Positions 24,028-36,022 of a stretch of DNA of 64,000 bases are shown one piece after another. The stretch lies in assembly GCA_963848305.1 (NCBI GenBank), contig CAWKDC010000001.1:960001-1024000 (forward strand). Reading direction: 5' to 3'. Source of the stretch: an uncultured Gammaproteobacteria bacterium. GTDB lineage: Bacteria; Pseudomonadota; Gammaproteobacteria; JABCZS01. The position numbers and the translations under genes are program-made. The first letter of the stretch is position 1, and each line of letters opens with the position of its first letter. The notes beneath the pieces are model-generated. The model saw only the letters and a list, made by a program, of their open reading frames with translations. It was not told the DNA's origin and made no database searches.

Positions 24028-25765
24028 ATGAAACCAACAATCGCAGTCCTTGGCGGCGGCATGGCTGGCGTGGCAGCACAAAGGGAGCTTTTGAAAAGCG
24101 GCTATCATGTCGTTCTATTTGATTTGAATGATCGGTACTTTGGTGAGAAAAGTTCAACATATCAATCCGCCCATAAAATTCATCTCGGGTTTCACTACCT
24201 TAAACACACAGCCACTGCCAAAGAATGTCTTGGCAATGCGTTATCATTTGTGACAGCATTTCCTGGTTGCCTCTCAGGAGGAGCCGATCCCAGTAGCCCT
24301 ATACGGCGCGGCCGCTATGCTGTGATGTCAGGATCTCAGTGCGATGAAGTCCAAATAGATCTTGTTGTGAATGAACTCAGGGAAATTTATACTGCATATT
24401 GCAAGGAAAAGAAAAAGGAACCTTTTGGACCCCCCTGATGAGTTTGTTAAAGATATCACTAAGTCTCCCAAGCTCTATGAGGATATTGAAACAGGCGATA
24501 TCGATGTTGAGAATGAAGATGGCACTGTCACCAAACAGAAGGTTGTCCGTGTCTTCGACACAGCTGAGTCTCAAGTTGATCTGAATGCCTTACGCGACCA
24601 AATCCAATCTGAAAATATCAAATTCATCAGGGACAAGATATTAACCACCCATTTCTCTACACGTGTCGAACGATTGGAACAGGTTGAGGTTACTGAGATA
24701 GAAAATAATGTCTCAGTGCCAAAGCTGAAATGGAAAATAATATACACAAACCTTGTCACGAAGACAAGAACATTCATGCTCGTTGATGGCGTTGTAAATT
24801 GCACCTGGCAAAATATTGATGAATTGAATAAAAACCTTAATTTCCCCAAATTATCGGACTCTGTTGATTGGGTTCGTCCTAAAGTATTTGCCAAAGTGAA
24901 AATGCCATTGATTTTTGAGAGTATCCCTACCACCACATTCGCTGTGGGTGCTTACTGTGGCTTCAATAATTTTGGCAATGGTGACGGCATGATGACCTAC
25001 GAAAGGGTTGGCAGCGTCTTCGCCTATGAGGCGGGCACCACCCCCACAGCCTCGACAGTCAAAGATTATGATTACCTCTCGACCGAAAAACAGCAAGCAC
25101 TTCAAAATGAACTTCAAGCAATTTTGAAAGGTGACTTATCACCCTCATCGCCATACGGTAGACAATATATTGATAGAATCAAGGAAGGCGTTGCAAGGTA
25201 TTACGCAGGAGAGTACAAAGAGGCTATATTAGCCATGCCAGATAGTGATATCTCTATCGAAGTAGGGTTTGTGATCAATAACCTTGCGCCAGGCCAACGA
25301 ATTGATGTCGATTCAAAAGACAGCCCACACCATGCAAGGCTTGAATCAGGTTTGCAACCTTCAGCTTTTGCTTTCTGTAACCTCAGGGGGATGAAAGTCT
25401 CTTTCGTTCAACACTACGTGCAGGCACTGGTTACTCATTTTCACAAACATTTCATGCTTCATAAATACTTTTTTAACGGTCCTGGGAACGGAAGTTACAC
25501 CCTTAAACAATTTAAAGAGTTTCTACCCGTTTTAGTGTTCATGGTTGAAACAGCTGTCGATAAAACCAAAATTTATGAATCTCTCTGCATATTGGGAGAC
25601 CCACAAACACCCAAGTTTGTCACCACCTCCCTTGCAAGTGAATTGCTGCAACCCAAGTCCCCAAGTCATGTAACTGCAAACTCACAAATTATCAGAACAG
25701 CCCCCCCTGCTTCAGCCAGCTATGTCATTCAAAATAGCATGCCAAGGTGCCAAATCGAATCATGA
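24028..25765 (+). CDS. FAD-dependent oxidoreductase-like protein, apparent frameshift in the C6 run at ~24430
   Basis: IAVLGGGMAG Rossmann motif and KIHLGFHY. Removing one C from GGACCCCCCTGA joins ORF 24028 to ORF 24371, which contains VVNCTWQN. Confidence 0.7.
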
Positions 25766-27711
25766 TTTCAAACAATGACCAATGGAACATAGAAAACAAT
25801 GTTTTTGGCAGCATCATTAATCAACTTCCGCATTACATCTTTTGGAAAGATAAAAACTACGTTTTTCGCGGCTGTAACCAACTCCATGCAGAGCAGTTCG
25901 GTTTAAAAGATCAGAGCGAAATCATTGGAAAAACTGACGCCGATTTTGCCTGGCTTAACCCCTACATGAACAAATATTTGGCAGACGATAAAGAAGTCAT
26001 GCAAACAGGAAAAGCAAAACTACATTATGAAGAAGTGATCCACCAACGGAATGGCGAACCCAAAGTTGTGCTGATCAGCAAAATCCCCCTTGTTGACAGC
26101 CAAGGTAATATCAACGGAGTATTGGGGATTTATACGGATATCACAGAACGGAAAAAATTTGAATTAGAGCTGAAAGCCTCGAAAGAAGCAGCGGAAACTG
26201 CCAGCCATGCCAAAACAGAATTCATACGAAACATGAGCCACGACTTACGTACCCCGCTTACTGGGATCATCGGCATGGCGGAGATGCTTAGCCAAACACC
26301 GAGCGCAAAAATGACTTATGAAGCCGCTCAAGATATTCAACAAGCAGGTTCATCCTTATTAAACTTACTGAATGAAATCATTGAAACCGTGCAGATTGAA
26401 TCAGGAAAAACCATTGAGAAAAAACGGTGTTTTTCTTTCAACAGCACATTGCAAACACTCACCAATATTTTCAAACCTGCCATGAAACAGAAGGGCTTAA
26501 AACTTGAAACCTATTTTGATGACAATATCCCCGATATTTTATACGGTCAAGAGCTATTGTTTCACCGCATCGTTTTAAATTTATTAGGCAATGCGGTCAA
26601 GTTCACTGAAAAAGGGCCCATCAGCCTTGAAGCCAGCTTATTACAAAAAAGATCGAACAGTATCAGTGTGAAACTGGTTGTACAGGACACAGGGATTGGT
26701 ATTCCTAAAGACAAGCAAACCATCATTTTCGAGAAATTCAGCCGTCTCACGCCTTCTTACACCAATATTTTTAAGGGCAGTGGACTGGGCTTGTTCATGG
26801 TAAGGGAATATATTCAAAAACTCGGCGGCGAAATTACTGTCAACAGTACGGAAGGAAAAGGCTCCACATTCACCTGCACTGTTGATTTCAAATTGCCAAC
26901 GCCGAAACAATTGGCCCAATATCAGAAAAAAATAGAGGCTGAAAAAGCACTTATTCAAAAAATTTCTGACGCCAGTGAAGCTGTGAAAAGTCGACATACG
27001 AAACCATTACATACGCTGCTCGTCGAAGATACATTGTTGTCTCAAAAATTAGCAAAAAGCTTGTTGATGAATGCTGGCTATGAAGTCGAAACAGCAGAAA
27101 CGGCAGCAGAAGCGTTGAAAAAGTCTCAATTGAAAAAGTTTGACGTCATCTACATGGATTTAGGCCTGCCTGATGGCAGCGGTATTGATGTCACACAAGC
27201 TGTTCGTCAAGATAAATCAAATCCAAATACGAATACATTGATTGTGGCTCTCACCGCGCATTCCGACGAAGAAATCAAGCAAAATTCGATTGCTGTAGGC
27301 ATACAGGATATTATCGACAAACCACTGACTTCTGAAAAAATAAACGCAACAGAAATGAAGCTATTGAATCTTCTCCAGCCAAATGATAAAGAACTGCCTA
27401 TTTTTGACATGGTTTATATGACATCTCTCATGGATAATAATGTTGATCTGGCGCAAGAATCACTCGATATTTTTGTAGAGACACTGCCACAAATACGCAA
27501 ACAATTGGCAGAAGCATATCAACAACAAGACTGGGCAAAACTCAAACATCTTGTCCATAAGTTGCACGGGGATCTGTGCTACAGTGGAGCACTTCGTTTA
27601 AAAGCAGCGGTCCATAAATTAGAGCATGCGTTGATTGAAGAAACAAACCAATATGAATCGCTTTATGAAAATACTATCGCCGAGATCGATACATTTCTAG
27701 AAGCGGTTTAA
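25762..27711 (+). CDS. Hybrid sensor histidine kinase (PAS-HisKA-HATPase-REC-Hpt)
   Basis: PAS IFWKD...GCN, H-box [11 protein letters not shown]-box NAVKFT, DTGIGI, GSGLGL, receiver YMDLGLPD, Hpt HKLHG. ATGA overlap with the upstream gene. Confidence 0.95.
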   Translation: MISNNDQWNIENNVFGSIINQLPHYIFWKDKNYVFRGCNQLHAEQFGLKDQSEIIGKTDADFAWLNPYMNKYLADDKEVMQTGKAKLHYEEVIHQRNGEPKVVLISKIPLVDSQGNINGVLGIYTDITERKKFELELKASKEAAETASHAKTEFIRNMSHDLRTPLTGIIGMAEMLSQTPSAKMTYEAAQDIQQAGSSLLNLLNEIIETVQIESGKTIEKKRCFSFNSTLQTLTNIFKPAMKQKGLKLETYFDDNIPDILYGQELLFHRIVLNLLGNAVKFTEKGPISLEASLLQKRSNSISVKLVVQDTGIGIPKDKQTIIFEKFSRLTPSYTNIFKGSGLGLFMVREYIQKLGGEITVNSTEGKGSTFTCTVDFKLPTPKQLAQYQKKIEAEKALIQKISDASEAVKSRHTKPLHTLLVEDTLLSQKLAKSLLMNAGYEVETAETAAEALKKSQLKKFDVIYMDLGLPDGSGIDVTQAVRQDKSNPNTNTLIVALTAHSDEEIKQNSIAVGIQDIIDKPLTSEKINATEMKLLNLLQPNDKELPIFDMVYMTSLMDNNVDLAQESLDIFVETLPQIRKQLAEAYQQQDWAKLKHLVHKLHGDLCYSGALRLKAAVHKLEHALIEETNQYESLYENTIAEIDTFLEAV

Positions 27712-28627
27712 ACCAAGGTCTCAACATATCTTTCAAGGTTTTTTTCGTCCACTCCATGGCAAAATGGCATTTTCTGCGACGATTTGTTTCAGAAACCTTC
27801 ACATAAAAGTCTTGAGTATTCTTTTTGAATAATGCATTCTCACGCAACGCACACTCATACAGCACCATGTCATCACGATTCACATCTTTGATCTGATTCA
27901 ATATATCCTTGCTTAAAGCACTTTTGTTGATAAAACCAGGTGAGACATTCTCATGACCCATGGATGTTTTCACATTAAACAAATGGTATAAATAATCTGC
28001 ATCAGTACTAAATGACTCAGTAATGCCAACAAAATAAAATTTCTGTAATGCATCCTGCAAGCTACTCTCATCCCTCTTGTCATCAATAAAGTTCAAGTAT
28101 TCCAAATAGTTTGTCATGGTGGCGTAAAATATATGATGATGGTTGTACACGCGATGCAGCCACGTCTCAAAATCAGGCACTTTTCCATCGATTAGAAAAT
28201 GGTCGGTGATGCGTTTTCTAAACTTCTTTTGGTAATCATTTGGATTTTTGATATTCTCGTATGTGCCCCAGGCCATACGTTCATAATTATAGAGTGAAAC
28301 GGTACGAGACACTGGTTCTCTGAAAAAGTGATATACCGTGATGGCTTATTAAATAATGCATGAATCCCATGATAAGCATCATGTCCAGCAATGCAATATG
28401 TTTTGTCTTTTTGAGCAGAACTCAATGAATCCACATAATCTATAAAATGGTGCTTTCCCTGATAAAAATCCGTTTTTCCTGTATGCTGATTGAAAAAGGT
28501 TCACCATAAGAAAAACTGTCACGCATTAAGAAATGTCGATGATTAGACACCTCAATATTATTTTAAAATATTGACCAGCAGTTTTAGGAATATGGCTGAA
28601 AACATACAACGCATTTGATTCATTCAT
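27674..28627 (-). CDS. Sulfotransferase family 2 protein, paralog 1, two apparent homopolymer frameshifts (~28495, ~28325)
   Basis: MNESNALYVFSHIPKTAG 5'-PSB motif, REPVSR.VS.Y 3'-PB motif and FVGITE. Collinear with paralog 28646-29599. Confidence 0.85.
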
Positions 28628-28645
28628 GATCAAATTCTCTATAAA

Positions 28646-29599
28646 TTACCTCAAGCCCATCTGAACCAAGACAGGCCTTACTATAGACTTCAATAAATTC
28701 ACTGAAGTTTTTTTCGTCCATTCCCATGGATAAAAAAATCTTCTGATTCTTTTGGATTTAGCAACATCAATGTAAAAATTTTTATTTTCCTTCTTGAAAG
28801 AAGAATTTTCCCTTAAAGCGCATTCATATAAAACGAGGTCATCCTTGTTCAGATCTCTGATCTGATTGATCACATCTGAAGATAATGAATTCCTATTAAC
28901 ATAACCTGGAGAAGTATTTCCTTTCCCGATTGATGTTTTAACATTCAGCTGATGGTATAAGTAATCTGCATCCGGATAAAACGATTCTGTGACGCCGACA
29001 AAATGAAATTTCTTCAAAGCATCCTGGAAACTAGATTCATCCCTATTCTCATCTATAAAATTGAGATATTGCAAATAATCACTCATTGTATTGTAAAAAA
29101 TATGGTGGTGTTTATAGACATGATGCAGCCATGTTTCGAAATCCGGGATTTTACCATCAATCATGAATTTTTCAACGATGCGTTCATTCAGCATGACATG
29201 GAAATGATTTTTATTTCTCATCTTATCGAGGACGCCGACCAACATGCGTACATAATTATAGTGTGATATCGTGCGCGATATAGGCTCTCTGACGAATGTG
29301 ATATATTTCGCAGGTCTATCAAATAGTGTGTGGATGCCGTAATATGCGTCGTGCCCTGCAATACAGTGAATTTTATTTTTTTGCGCTGGGCTCAATGATT
29401 TCACATAGTCGATATAATGCTCTTTGCCAAGATAAAAATCCGTTTTTCCAGTATGCTGATTCTTGAAAGGTTGAAAATAGCTGAAGCTAGAATGCATTAA
29501 ATAATGCTGCGGATTTGACTTTTTAATATTGGTTATAAAAAATGAACCAGCTGTTTTCGGAATATGACTGAAAACATACAATTCCTGATCTTGCTTCAT
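28646..29599 (-). CDS. Sulfotransferase family 2 protein, paralog 2
   Basis: FSHIPKTAGS, TFVREPISRTISHY, FVGVTE and N..D..LY motifs. Confidence 0.9.
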   Translation of the reverse strand: MKQDQELYVFSHIPKTAGSFFITNIKKSNPQHYLMHSSFSYFQPFKNQHTGKTDFYLGKEHYIDYVKSLSPAQKNKIHCIAGHDAYYGIHTLFDRPAKYITFVREPISRTISHYNYVRMLVGVLDKMRNKNHFHVMLNERIVEKFMIDGKIPDFETWLHHVYKHHHIFYNTMSDYLQYLNFIDENRDESSFQDALKKFHFVGVTESFYPDADYLYHQLNVKTSIGKGNTSPGYVNRNSLSSDVINQIRDLNKDDLVLYECALRENSSFKKENKNFYIDVAKSKRIRRFFYPWEWTKKTSVNLLKSIVRPVLVQMGLR

Positions 29600-29605
29600 G
29601 ATGTA

Positions 29606-30748
29606 TCATCTCCTTAAAAATAACTCTATCGTTTCAACATATTGTCCCAACAAACCAACCTGATTATGTTCTAATCGGTACGTTTTTATTGCTTCTTCCT
29701 GCATATGCTTACACAGATCGGGATTTTGCGCCAGACATAGCAATGCACTCGCCAATGCTGACGCATCTTGCACCGGCACAAGCATACCCGTCACTCCGTC
29801 TTTCACGAGCTCAGGAATACCGCCCACTTTTGTTGCGACGACAGGCAACCCGACCGACATGGCTTCAATGATGCTGCATGGCCTCCCCTCACTTAAAGAC
29901 GGCAAGCAAAAAACATCGGCTTGTTGCAATGCTGTCGCAACACCTATGCGATCTAATTCACCGGTGAAATGCACTGCTGTCGATAAACCAAGATCCGATA
30001 CTTTTTGTTCAATGGGTTTCCTATACGATCCCTGTCCAACAATCATGCATTCTGCAGAAGGATATTGCGCGTGAACGATCTTAAACGCTGTTATTAAATC
30101 ATCCAAACCCTTATTCAATACAAGTCTACCCACAAAAATAATGCGGAATCCAGGTGATAATTTTTTTTTGACTGACGGAAGAACAGGTAAAGGCTCAATC
30201 AATGAATTGATCACAGTGCCTGATTTTTGATAATCAAATTGTTGCTGCAAACGTTCCAATCCTTCATTGGAAACCGATATGACATGATCAATCTCATTCA
30301 TGCTTGTTAACAATGGTGCCCAATGATCATGCATGCGATCTGGCATCCCTGCTTCAAAATATATTACTTTCATACGCAATTTTTGAGCAATAGGTACAAG
30401 GGATGTCACATCAGGTTGAAAAAGCATAAGCACTTTAGGTTGCAGAATCTTCAACATCCATTCAATGCAGCGAAAATATCCAGGCCCCGCCTCACGTTCG
30501 GATTTTGGCATAATATAAAATGAAAGACCCGTCCCGCATAATTTATGTTGCCTCAGCGCTTCTGTGATCAAGCGGTATTGTAATTCACAACCGCCCACGC
30601 GAAAAACCGTTGTGATCAGGGTTAATACAGGTCTTTTACCATATGTTAAGCGTGAATAGAGGGCTTGAAAAAGTAACACAACCATTTCAGGAAAATAGAA
30701 CAGCGGCACATGAAAATAGAGCCATCGGATCTGTTTTTTAAACCGCAT
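29606..30748 (-). CDS. Glycosyltransferase family 4
   Basis: FVGRLVLNKG and ADVFCLPSLSEG....IEAMSVGLPVVATKVGGIPE. Confidence 0.92.
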   Translation of the reverse strand: MRFKKQIRWLYFHVPLFYFPEMVVLLFQALYSRLTYGKRPVLTLITTVFRVGGCELQYRLITEALRQHKLCGTGLSFYIMPKSEREAGPGYFRCIEWMLKILQPKVLMLFQPDVTSLVPIAQKLRMKVIYFEAGMPDRMHDHWAPLLTSMNEIDHVISVSNEGLERLQQQFDYQKSGTVINSLIEPLPVLPSVKKKLSPGFRIIFVGRLVLNKGLDDLITAFKIVHAQYPSAECMIVGQGSYRKPIEQKVSDLGLSTAVHFTGELDRIGVATALQQADVFCLPSLSEGRPCSIIEAMSVGLPVVATKVGGIPELVKDGVTGMLVPVQDASALASALLCLAQNPDLCKHMQEEAIKTYRLEHNQVGLLGQYVETIELFLRR

Positions 30749-30849
30749 AAGTTATCATCCAAAATTGTTCGCAACGAAACACTTGACCATTCTATACGAA
30801 TCGCTCTACAATCGCAATGATATGCAACAACGAAGCGAGCGAAAATACC

Positions 30850-32556
30850 ATGGAACACCTCTATTTAAACGAAGCAGAAATCACCGCGCTTAAACCGCTC
30901 ATCACCTCATCACGTAGTCTCACAGTTACTGACCGTCAATTGTGCGATCTTGAATTGCTCATGAATGGCGGGTTTTCTCCGCTCACTGGATTTTTAAATC
31001 AAGATGATTACAACAGTGTGCTTGATAACATGCATTTAGCCAATGGCGCATTGTGGCCCATGCCCATCACCTTGGATGTGCCCGAAGCTTTTGCCACCTC
31101 GCTCTCGCTCGGCGACACCATTGTGCTCAGAGATCCCGAGGGTTTGGCGTTGGCCTTGATGACGATTGAATCTTGCTGGAAGCCAGATAAACATCATGAA
31201 GCGCTTTCCGTTTTTGGCACTGAAGATACGCTGCATCCTGCAGTTCACTATTTATTTCACGAAGTGAGAGACTATTATTTGGGCGGCAAAGTTCAAGGCC
31301 TGACGCCACCGGTTCACCACGATTTTATCGAGCATCGCCATACACCCCACACATTGCGTGCGCTGTTCAAATCACTCGATTGGAAACGCGTCGTGGCGTT
31401 TCAGACACGCAACCCCATGCACCGCGCCCATGTCGAAATCACACGCCGTGCAGCGGCCTCTGTCGATGGATATTTGGTCATTCATCCTGTCGTTGGCATG
31501 ACGAAACCCGGCGATATCGACCACTACTCCCGTGTGCGGTGTTATGAGCGCGTGATTGCGCGTCAACCCGACATGTTTTTGAGTTTATTGCCTCTCGCCA
31601 TGCGCATGGGTGGTCCACGCGAAGCTGTGTGGCATGCACTCATTCGCCAAAATTATGGATTCACCCATTTTATTGTTGGCCGCGATCATGCCTCAGGCAA
31701 AAACAGTCAAGGCGTTGATTTTTATGAACCCTACGCCGCTCAAGATCTTTTGAAAAGCGTTGAACATGAATTGACTATCCAAATTCTGCCATTTTCCATG
31801 ATGTCTTATGTCGCAGAGCGCCAGACCTATTGCATGGAAAATGAAATTCAACCCGGCGAAACTGTATTGAATATTTCTGGCACAGAGTTCCGCCGCAAAC
31901 TGCAGCGCGGAGAAAAAATCCCCGAGTGGTTTTCATATCCTGAAGTGGTGGAAGAATTGCAAAAGGTTCATCCACCGCGTCATCAACAAGGCATGGTACT
32001 CTTCTTCACGGGTTTGTCCGGCACGGGGAAATCTACGATCGCACAAGGCTTGTGGGTCAAACTCCTCGCACACGGAGGAAGGCGCGTCACCTTGCTGGAT
32101 GGGGATCACATTCGGCATCATTTATCGAGTGAATTAGGGTTTTCCAAAGAACACCGCCATCTTAACGTGACACGTGTCGGTTATGTGGCCAGCGAAATTG
32201 CGAAGCACGGCGGCATTGCGATGTGCGCATTGATTGCACCTTATCAAGCTTCTCGCCATAAAGTGCGTGAACTGGTCGAACAAAATGGCGGTCAGCATAT
32301 TGAAATATTTGTGAACACACCGATTTCAGAATGTGAAAACCGCGATCGTAAAGGATTATATGCCAAAGCACGCCGCGGTGAAATAAAGGGTTTCACAGGG
32401 ATTGATGACCCGTACGAAATTCCCCACAATCCTGATATCACTGTCGACACATTGCACCTGTCCGCCAATGAAGCGGTCGACATGATTTATCAGTGGCTTG
32501 AAGAGGAAGGCTTGCTCGCGAAATCTCCGGAATATTTAACCGTGAGTGGCGCATGA
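30850..32556 (+). CDS. Bifunctional sulfate adenylyltransferase / adenylylsulfate kinase (Sat-CysC)
   Basis: FQTRNPMHRAH, GRDHA and ISGT in the Sat part. FTGLSGTGKST, LLDGD and KGFTGIDDPYE in the APS kinase part. Confidence 0.96.
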   Translation: MEHLYLNEAEITALKPLITSSRSLTVTDRQLCDLELLMNGGFSPLTGFLNQDDYNSVLDNMHLANGALWPMPITLDVPEAFATSLSLGDTIVLRDPEGLALALMTIESCWKPDKHHEALSVFGTEDTLHPAVHYLFHEVRDYYLGGKVQGLTPPVHHDFIEHRHTPHTLRALFKSLDWKRVVAFQTRNPMHRAHVEITRRAAASVDGYLVIHPVVGMTKPGDIDHYSRVRCYERVIARQPDMFLSLLPLAMRMGGPREAVWHALIRQNYGFTHFIVGRDHASGKNSQGVDFYEPYAAQDLLKSVEHELTIQILPFSMMSYVAERQTYCMENEIQPGETVLNISGTEFRRKLQRGEKIPEWFSYPEVVEELQKVHPPRHQQGMVLFFTGLSGTGKSTIAQGLWVKLLAHGGRRVTLLDGDHIRHHLSSELGFSKEHRHLNVTRVGYVASEIAKHGGIAMCALIAPYQASRHKVRELVEQNGGQHIEIFVNTPISECENRDRKGLYAKARRGEIKGFTGIDDPYEIPHNPDITVDTLHLSANEAVDMIYQWLEEEGLLAKSPEYLTVSGA

Positions 32557-33290
32557 TCTGAAAAGCGGGTGTCTTTATAGATATCCGCTGAGACAATGTG
32601 TTTTTTCAGATCAGGCGTGACGATTTGATAATCAATCCGCCACCCCACATTTTTAGCATACGCTTGCCCGCGATTTGACCACCACGTGTACTGATCTTTT
32701 TCTTGATTCACGACACGGAATGCATCTACAAATCCCCATTCATCAAATACTGTGTCTAACCATGCACGTTCTTGAGGTAAAAAACCTGAATGCTTTTTAT
32801 TGCCTGCGGCGTTTTTAATATCAATCACTTTGTGTGCAATGTTAAAATCCCCACAAAAAATCACGGGGGTTTTTTCATGCAAGACTTGCTGCATATAATC
32901 GCCTACCACGGCCATCAGCTCATATTTCACCGCTTGACGTACTTCACCTGTCGTGCCTGAGGGCATGTAAAGAGATACCACGCTCACGTGTTCAAAATCC
33001 ATGCGCACAAAACGCCCTTCCTTATCGATCACGTCATGTCCGAAACACGTGTGAACACGGTGCGGTTTTTCCCGCGCATACATTGCCACACCACTGTAAC
33101 CTGGTTTCTCCGCATCGGAAAAAGCAAGATGATACCCTTTTGGATGAAACACAGGATCCGTTAACTCTGCATATTTGACTTTTGTTTCTTGAAGACAAAC
33201 CACATCTGGCGAATGGGCATGCATCCAGTCAAAAAAACCTTTTTTAGCCCCATTGCGGACACTGTTGATATTAAGCGTGGTCACTTTCAC
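32490..33290 (-). CDS. xth: Exodeoxyribonuclease III family protein
   Basis: CLQETK, GYSGVA, Y.PSG, GDFNIAH, GWRIDY and SDHAP motifs. GTG start with AGGAGG RBS. Confidence 0.93.
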   Translation of the reverse strand: MKVTTLNINSVRNGAKKGFFDWMHAHSPDVVCLQETKVKYAELTDPVFHPKGYHLAFSDAEKPGYSGVAMYAREKPHRVHTCFGHDVIDKEGRFVRMDFEHVSVVSLYMPSGTTGEVRQAVKYELMAVVGDYMQQVLHEKTPVIFCGDFNIAHKVIDIKNAAGNKKHSGFLPQERAWLDTVFDEWGFVDAFRVVNQEKDQYTWWSNRGQAYAKNVGWRIDYQIVTPDLKKHIVSADIYKDTRFSDHAPLTVKYSGDFASKPSSSSH

Positions 33291-33470
33291 TGATTCGTCC
33301 TCCTGGTACAATGTAGTATATGCTGGTTTCCCAAGGAAACGATTTTTAGCGCCACTTAAAGCGTACTCATGGCAACGCCTCTCATTCACCCTTAAATCAA
33401 CATCATATCAAATAATGATTGACTTTTCTAAAGAAATATACTAAAAATAGCACGCAAGCGGGAGCATAAC

Positions 33471-34115
33471 ATGTCTACACCACAACAAACACTGCTACAA
33501 CTGGCCCTGGAATACAATGTCCTGCGCTTTGGTACATTTACCCTAAAATCGGGGCGCGAAAGCCCTTATTTTTTCAATGCGGGTCTTTTTAACACAGGGC
33601 ATGCTTTGAAAATATTGGGCGAGTGTTATGCCGACACATTACTGCAACATCAATTGCCAGCGGATATGTTATTCGGCCCCGCATATAAAGGCATTCCGTT
33701 AGTATCCAGTGCCGCCATCGCGCTCGCCGCGCGCGGCCATAATTTGCCTTATGCATTTAATCGCAAAGAAGCCAAAGATCATGGGGAGGGTGGTGTGTTT
33801 GTCGGCGCACCGATCAATGGCAATGTCGTGTTGATTGATGATGTGATCACGGCAGGCACCGCCATTCGTGAATCGGTGACATTGATTCAAGCCGCTGGCG
33901 CACGTGTGAGCGGCATCGTGGTATTGTTTGATCGACAAGAACGCATGAATGATGCTTCTTTATCTGCCACACAACAATTATCACAGCAATTACAAGTGCC
34001 TGTCTGTGCATTGGCGAGTTTTGCGGATATATTGGCGATGATTGAAGGGAAGGCTGAGTATGCTGCGCATGTAGAGAAGATGCGGGAATATTGGACAAAA
34101 TTTGGCGTACTTTAG
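33471..34115 (+). CDS. pyrE: Orotate phosphoribosyltransferase
   Basis: FTLKSGRESPYFFN, FGPAYKGIP, RKEAKDHGEGG and IDDVITAGT. Confidence 0.98.
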   Translation: MSTPQQTLLQLALEYNVLRFGTFTLKSGRESPYFFNAGLFNTGHALKILGECYADTLLQHQLPADMLFGPAYKGIPLVSSAAIALAARGHNLPYAFNRKEAKDHGEGGVFVGAPINGNVVLIDDVITAGTAIRESVTLIQAAGARVSGIVVLFDRQERMNDASLSATQQLSQQLQVPVCALASFADILAMIEGKAEYAAHVEKMREYWTKFGVL

Positions 34116-34138
34116 GGGCGGATATTTCTGCCCCTACA
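34113..34138. repeat. GTAG-type REP palindrome between convergent genes
   Basis: TAGGGGCGGA-TATT-TCTGCCCCTA-CA. Confidence 0.7.
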
Positions 34139-34148
34139 AGGGGACCAA

Positions 34149-35524
34149 TCAATGCGCAGCCACATTCAACAAGACAGCGACAATCCCCAACGGCGCCACG
34201 GTGCACAACAATATCCGCCACAATAAAAATAATGCCGGGCTTTTCAATTGTAACGCATCCTGAGAGAGCTGTGGCTTTACAATATACCCCACAAAAATCG
34301 CAAACGATAACCCGCCCAACGGCAACAATATTTTGTTCGGCAACCCTGTTGCAATCTCAAAAAAGTTATTACCCAATATGGTCACATGCGACCATTCATT
34401 GAACGATAATAACACCGCAATCCCGAGCAACCATCCCACAGCACCAATCACCAGCACCGCTTGCGTGCGTGTCTGATGAAAACGTTCATGCAAAATAGCG
34501 ACTAACGGTTCGACCAATGAAATCGATGATGTCCATACTGCAAATAATAACAACACAAAAAAAGCCATGCCGACCATTTGCCCAAAAGGCATTTGCCCAA
34601 ACGCCATGGGCAATACTTCAAACACCAACCCTGGACCGACTTGCGGCGTTAATCCATAGGCAAAAACCAATGGAAAAATCGCCAAGCCTGCCAATATGGC
34701 GACAAACGTATCAATCGCGACAATTTTAAAAATATCGCCCGTCACACCTTCACCTTTTTTCAAATAAGACGCGTATGTTGCAATGCAACCTGCTCCCAAC
34801 GCCAAACTGAAAAACGCTAAACCCATTGCAGTTAATACCGTTGTGGCATTGACCTTTGAAAAATCTGGTTTAAACAAAAAGTCCACGCTACGCGCAACAT
34901 CGCCGGTCAGCAATGCATACACGACCAATAGCATTAAAATAATGATCAACCCAGGCATCATGATTTTTGAGGCGCGTTCCAATCCTTTTTCCACTCCCAG
35001 TGCCACCACACTCAATGTCATCAACATAAAAATCGTGTGATACAAGAGTAATTCAAATGGGTTCGCCATCAAACGCTCCCACACCGATTTAACGCCCACC
35101 GCATCAATCGAATGGAATGTACCGCTCAATGTTTTGAAAAAATAGGCAATGCTGTCCAACCTGACACGACACTGTAAAATGAAAGCATCAAAATCAATGC
35201 GAGCGCTCCCAACACACCGACATATCCCCAGCGTTTCGATGCCCCCGAATCTGTAGCCACACGTTCCATCGCCTCAATCACATTCGCACGACCGTGACGC
35301 CCAATGATCGTTTCTGCCATCATGATAGGCACACCCATGAATAATACGCACAACAAATAAATCACGATAAAAGCCGCACCGCCATTCACCCCCGTCATGT
35401 AGGGAAACATCCAAATATTACCCAACCCAACTGCCGCGCCACTGGTTGCCAACACAAAGCCTAATGTAGACGTCCATTGTTGCGTGCGCTCAAGCAAGGT
35501 GTGACGGCGCGATAAAAATTTCAT
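34149..35524 (-). CDS. Sodium-dependent transporter (NSS/SNF family), apparent frameshift near 35155
   Basis: GAAVGLGNIWMFPY..G.NGG.AF and FYSVVSGW in one frame. G.AFFSL.LG.G and GPGLVF..LP in the next. Confidence 0.92.
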
Positions 35525-35533
35525 GGTAAAACC

Positions 35534-36022
35534 TCAATGTTTCTTGAACGTAATGAATGTGTATGGGTGGGGATTGAGCGCATCTGAAGCATGCGCTTCA
35601 CGCGACACTTCTCGCCATTGCGCAGGATCCCATTCGGGAAAAAATGTATCTCCCTCTACCTCCAGATCAATGGAGGTCAGATATAATATTTCGGCCAAAG
35701 GCAATGCTTGTTCAAACAATTGTGCGCCGCCAATCACCATGATCTCAGGCACATGCTTGACGGCGAGCAAAGCACTCTCTAGGCTTGTATACACCGTCGC
35801 ACCGGGTGCATCATAATCCGCCTGGCGTGACACCACAAGATTGTCACGGCCTGGCAACGCACGACCGAGCGATTCAAATGTTTTTCGCCCCATGATAATG
35901 GGTTTACCCATCGTGATCGCTTTAAAATGTTTCAAATCCGCCGGCAAATGCCACGGCATTTGATTGTGCATGCCAATCACACGGTGATTGGCCATGGCGG
36001 CGATCAAGGCGATATGACTCAT
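35534..36022 (-). CDS. folA: Dihydrofolate reductase
   Basis: [27 protein letters not shown] and IGGA motifs. Confidence 0.98.
   Translation of the reverse strand: MSHIALIAAMANHRVIGMHNQMPWHLPADLKHFKAITMGKPIIMGRKTFESLGRALPGRDNLVVSRQADYDAPGATVYTSLESALLAVKHVPEIMVIGGAQLFEQALPLAEILYLTSIDLEVEGDTFFPEWDPAQWREVSREAHASDALNPHPYTFITFKKH

Noticed and set aside
27674-29599. Diversity-generating retroelement-like template/variable repeat pair
   Set aside because: Similarity spans whole paralogous genes, and there is no reverse transcriptase.
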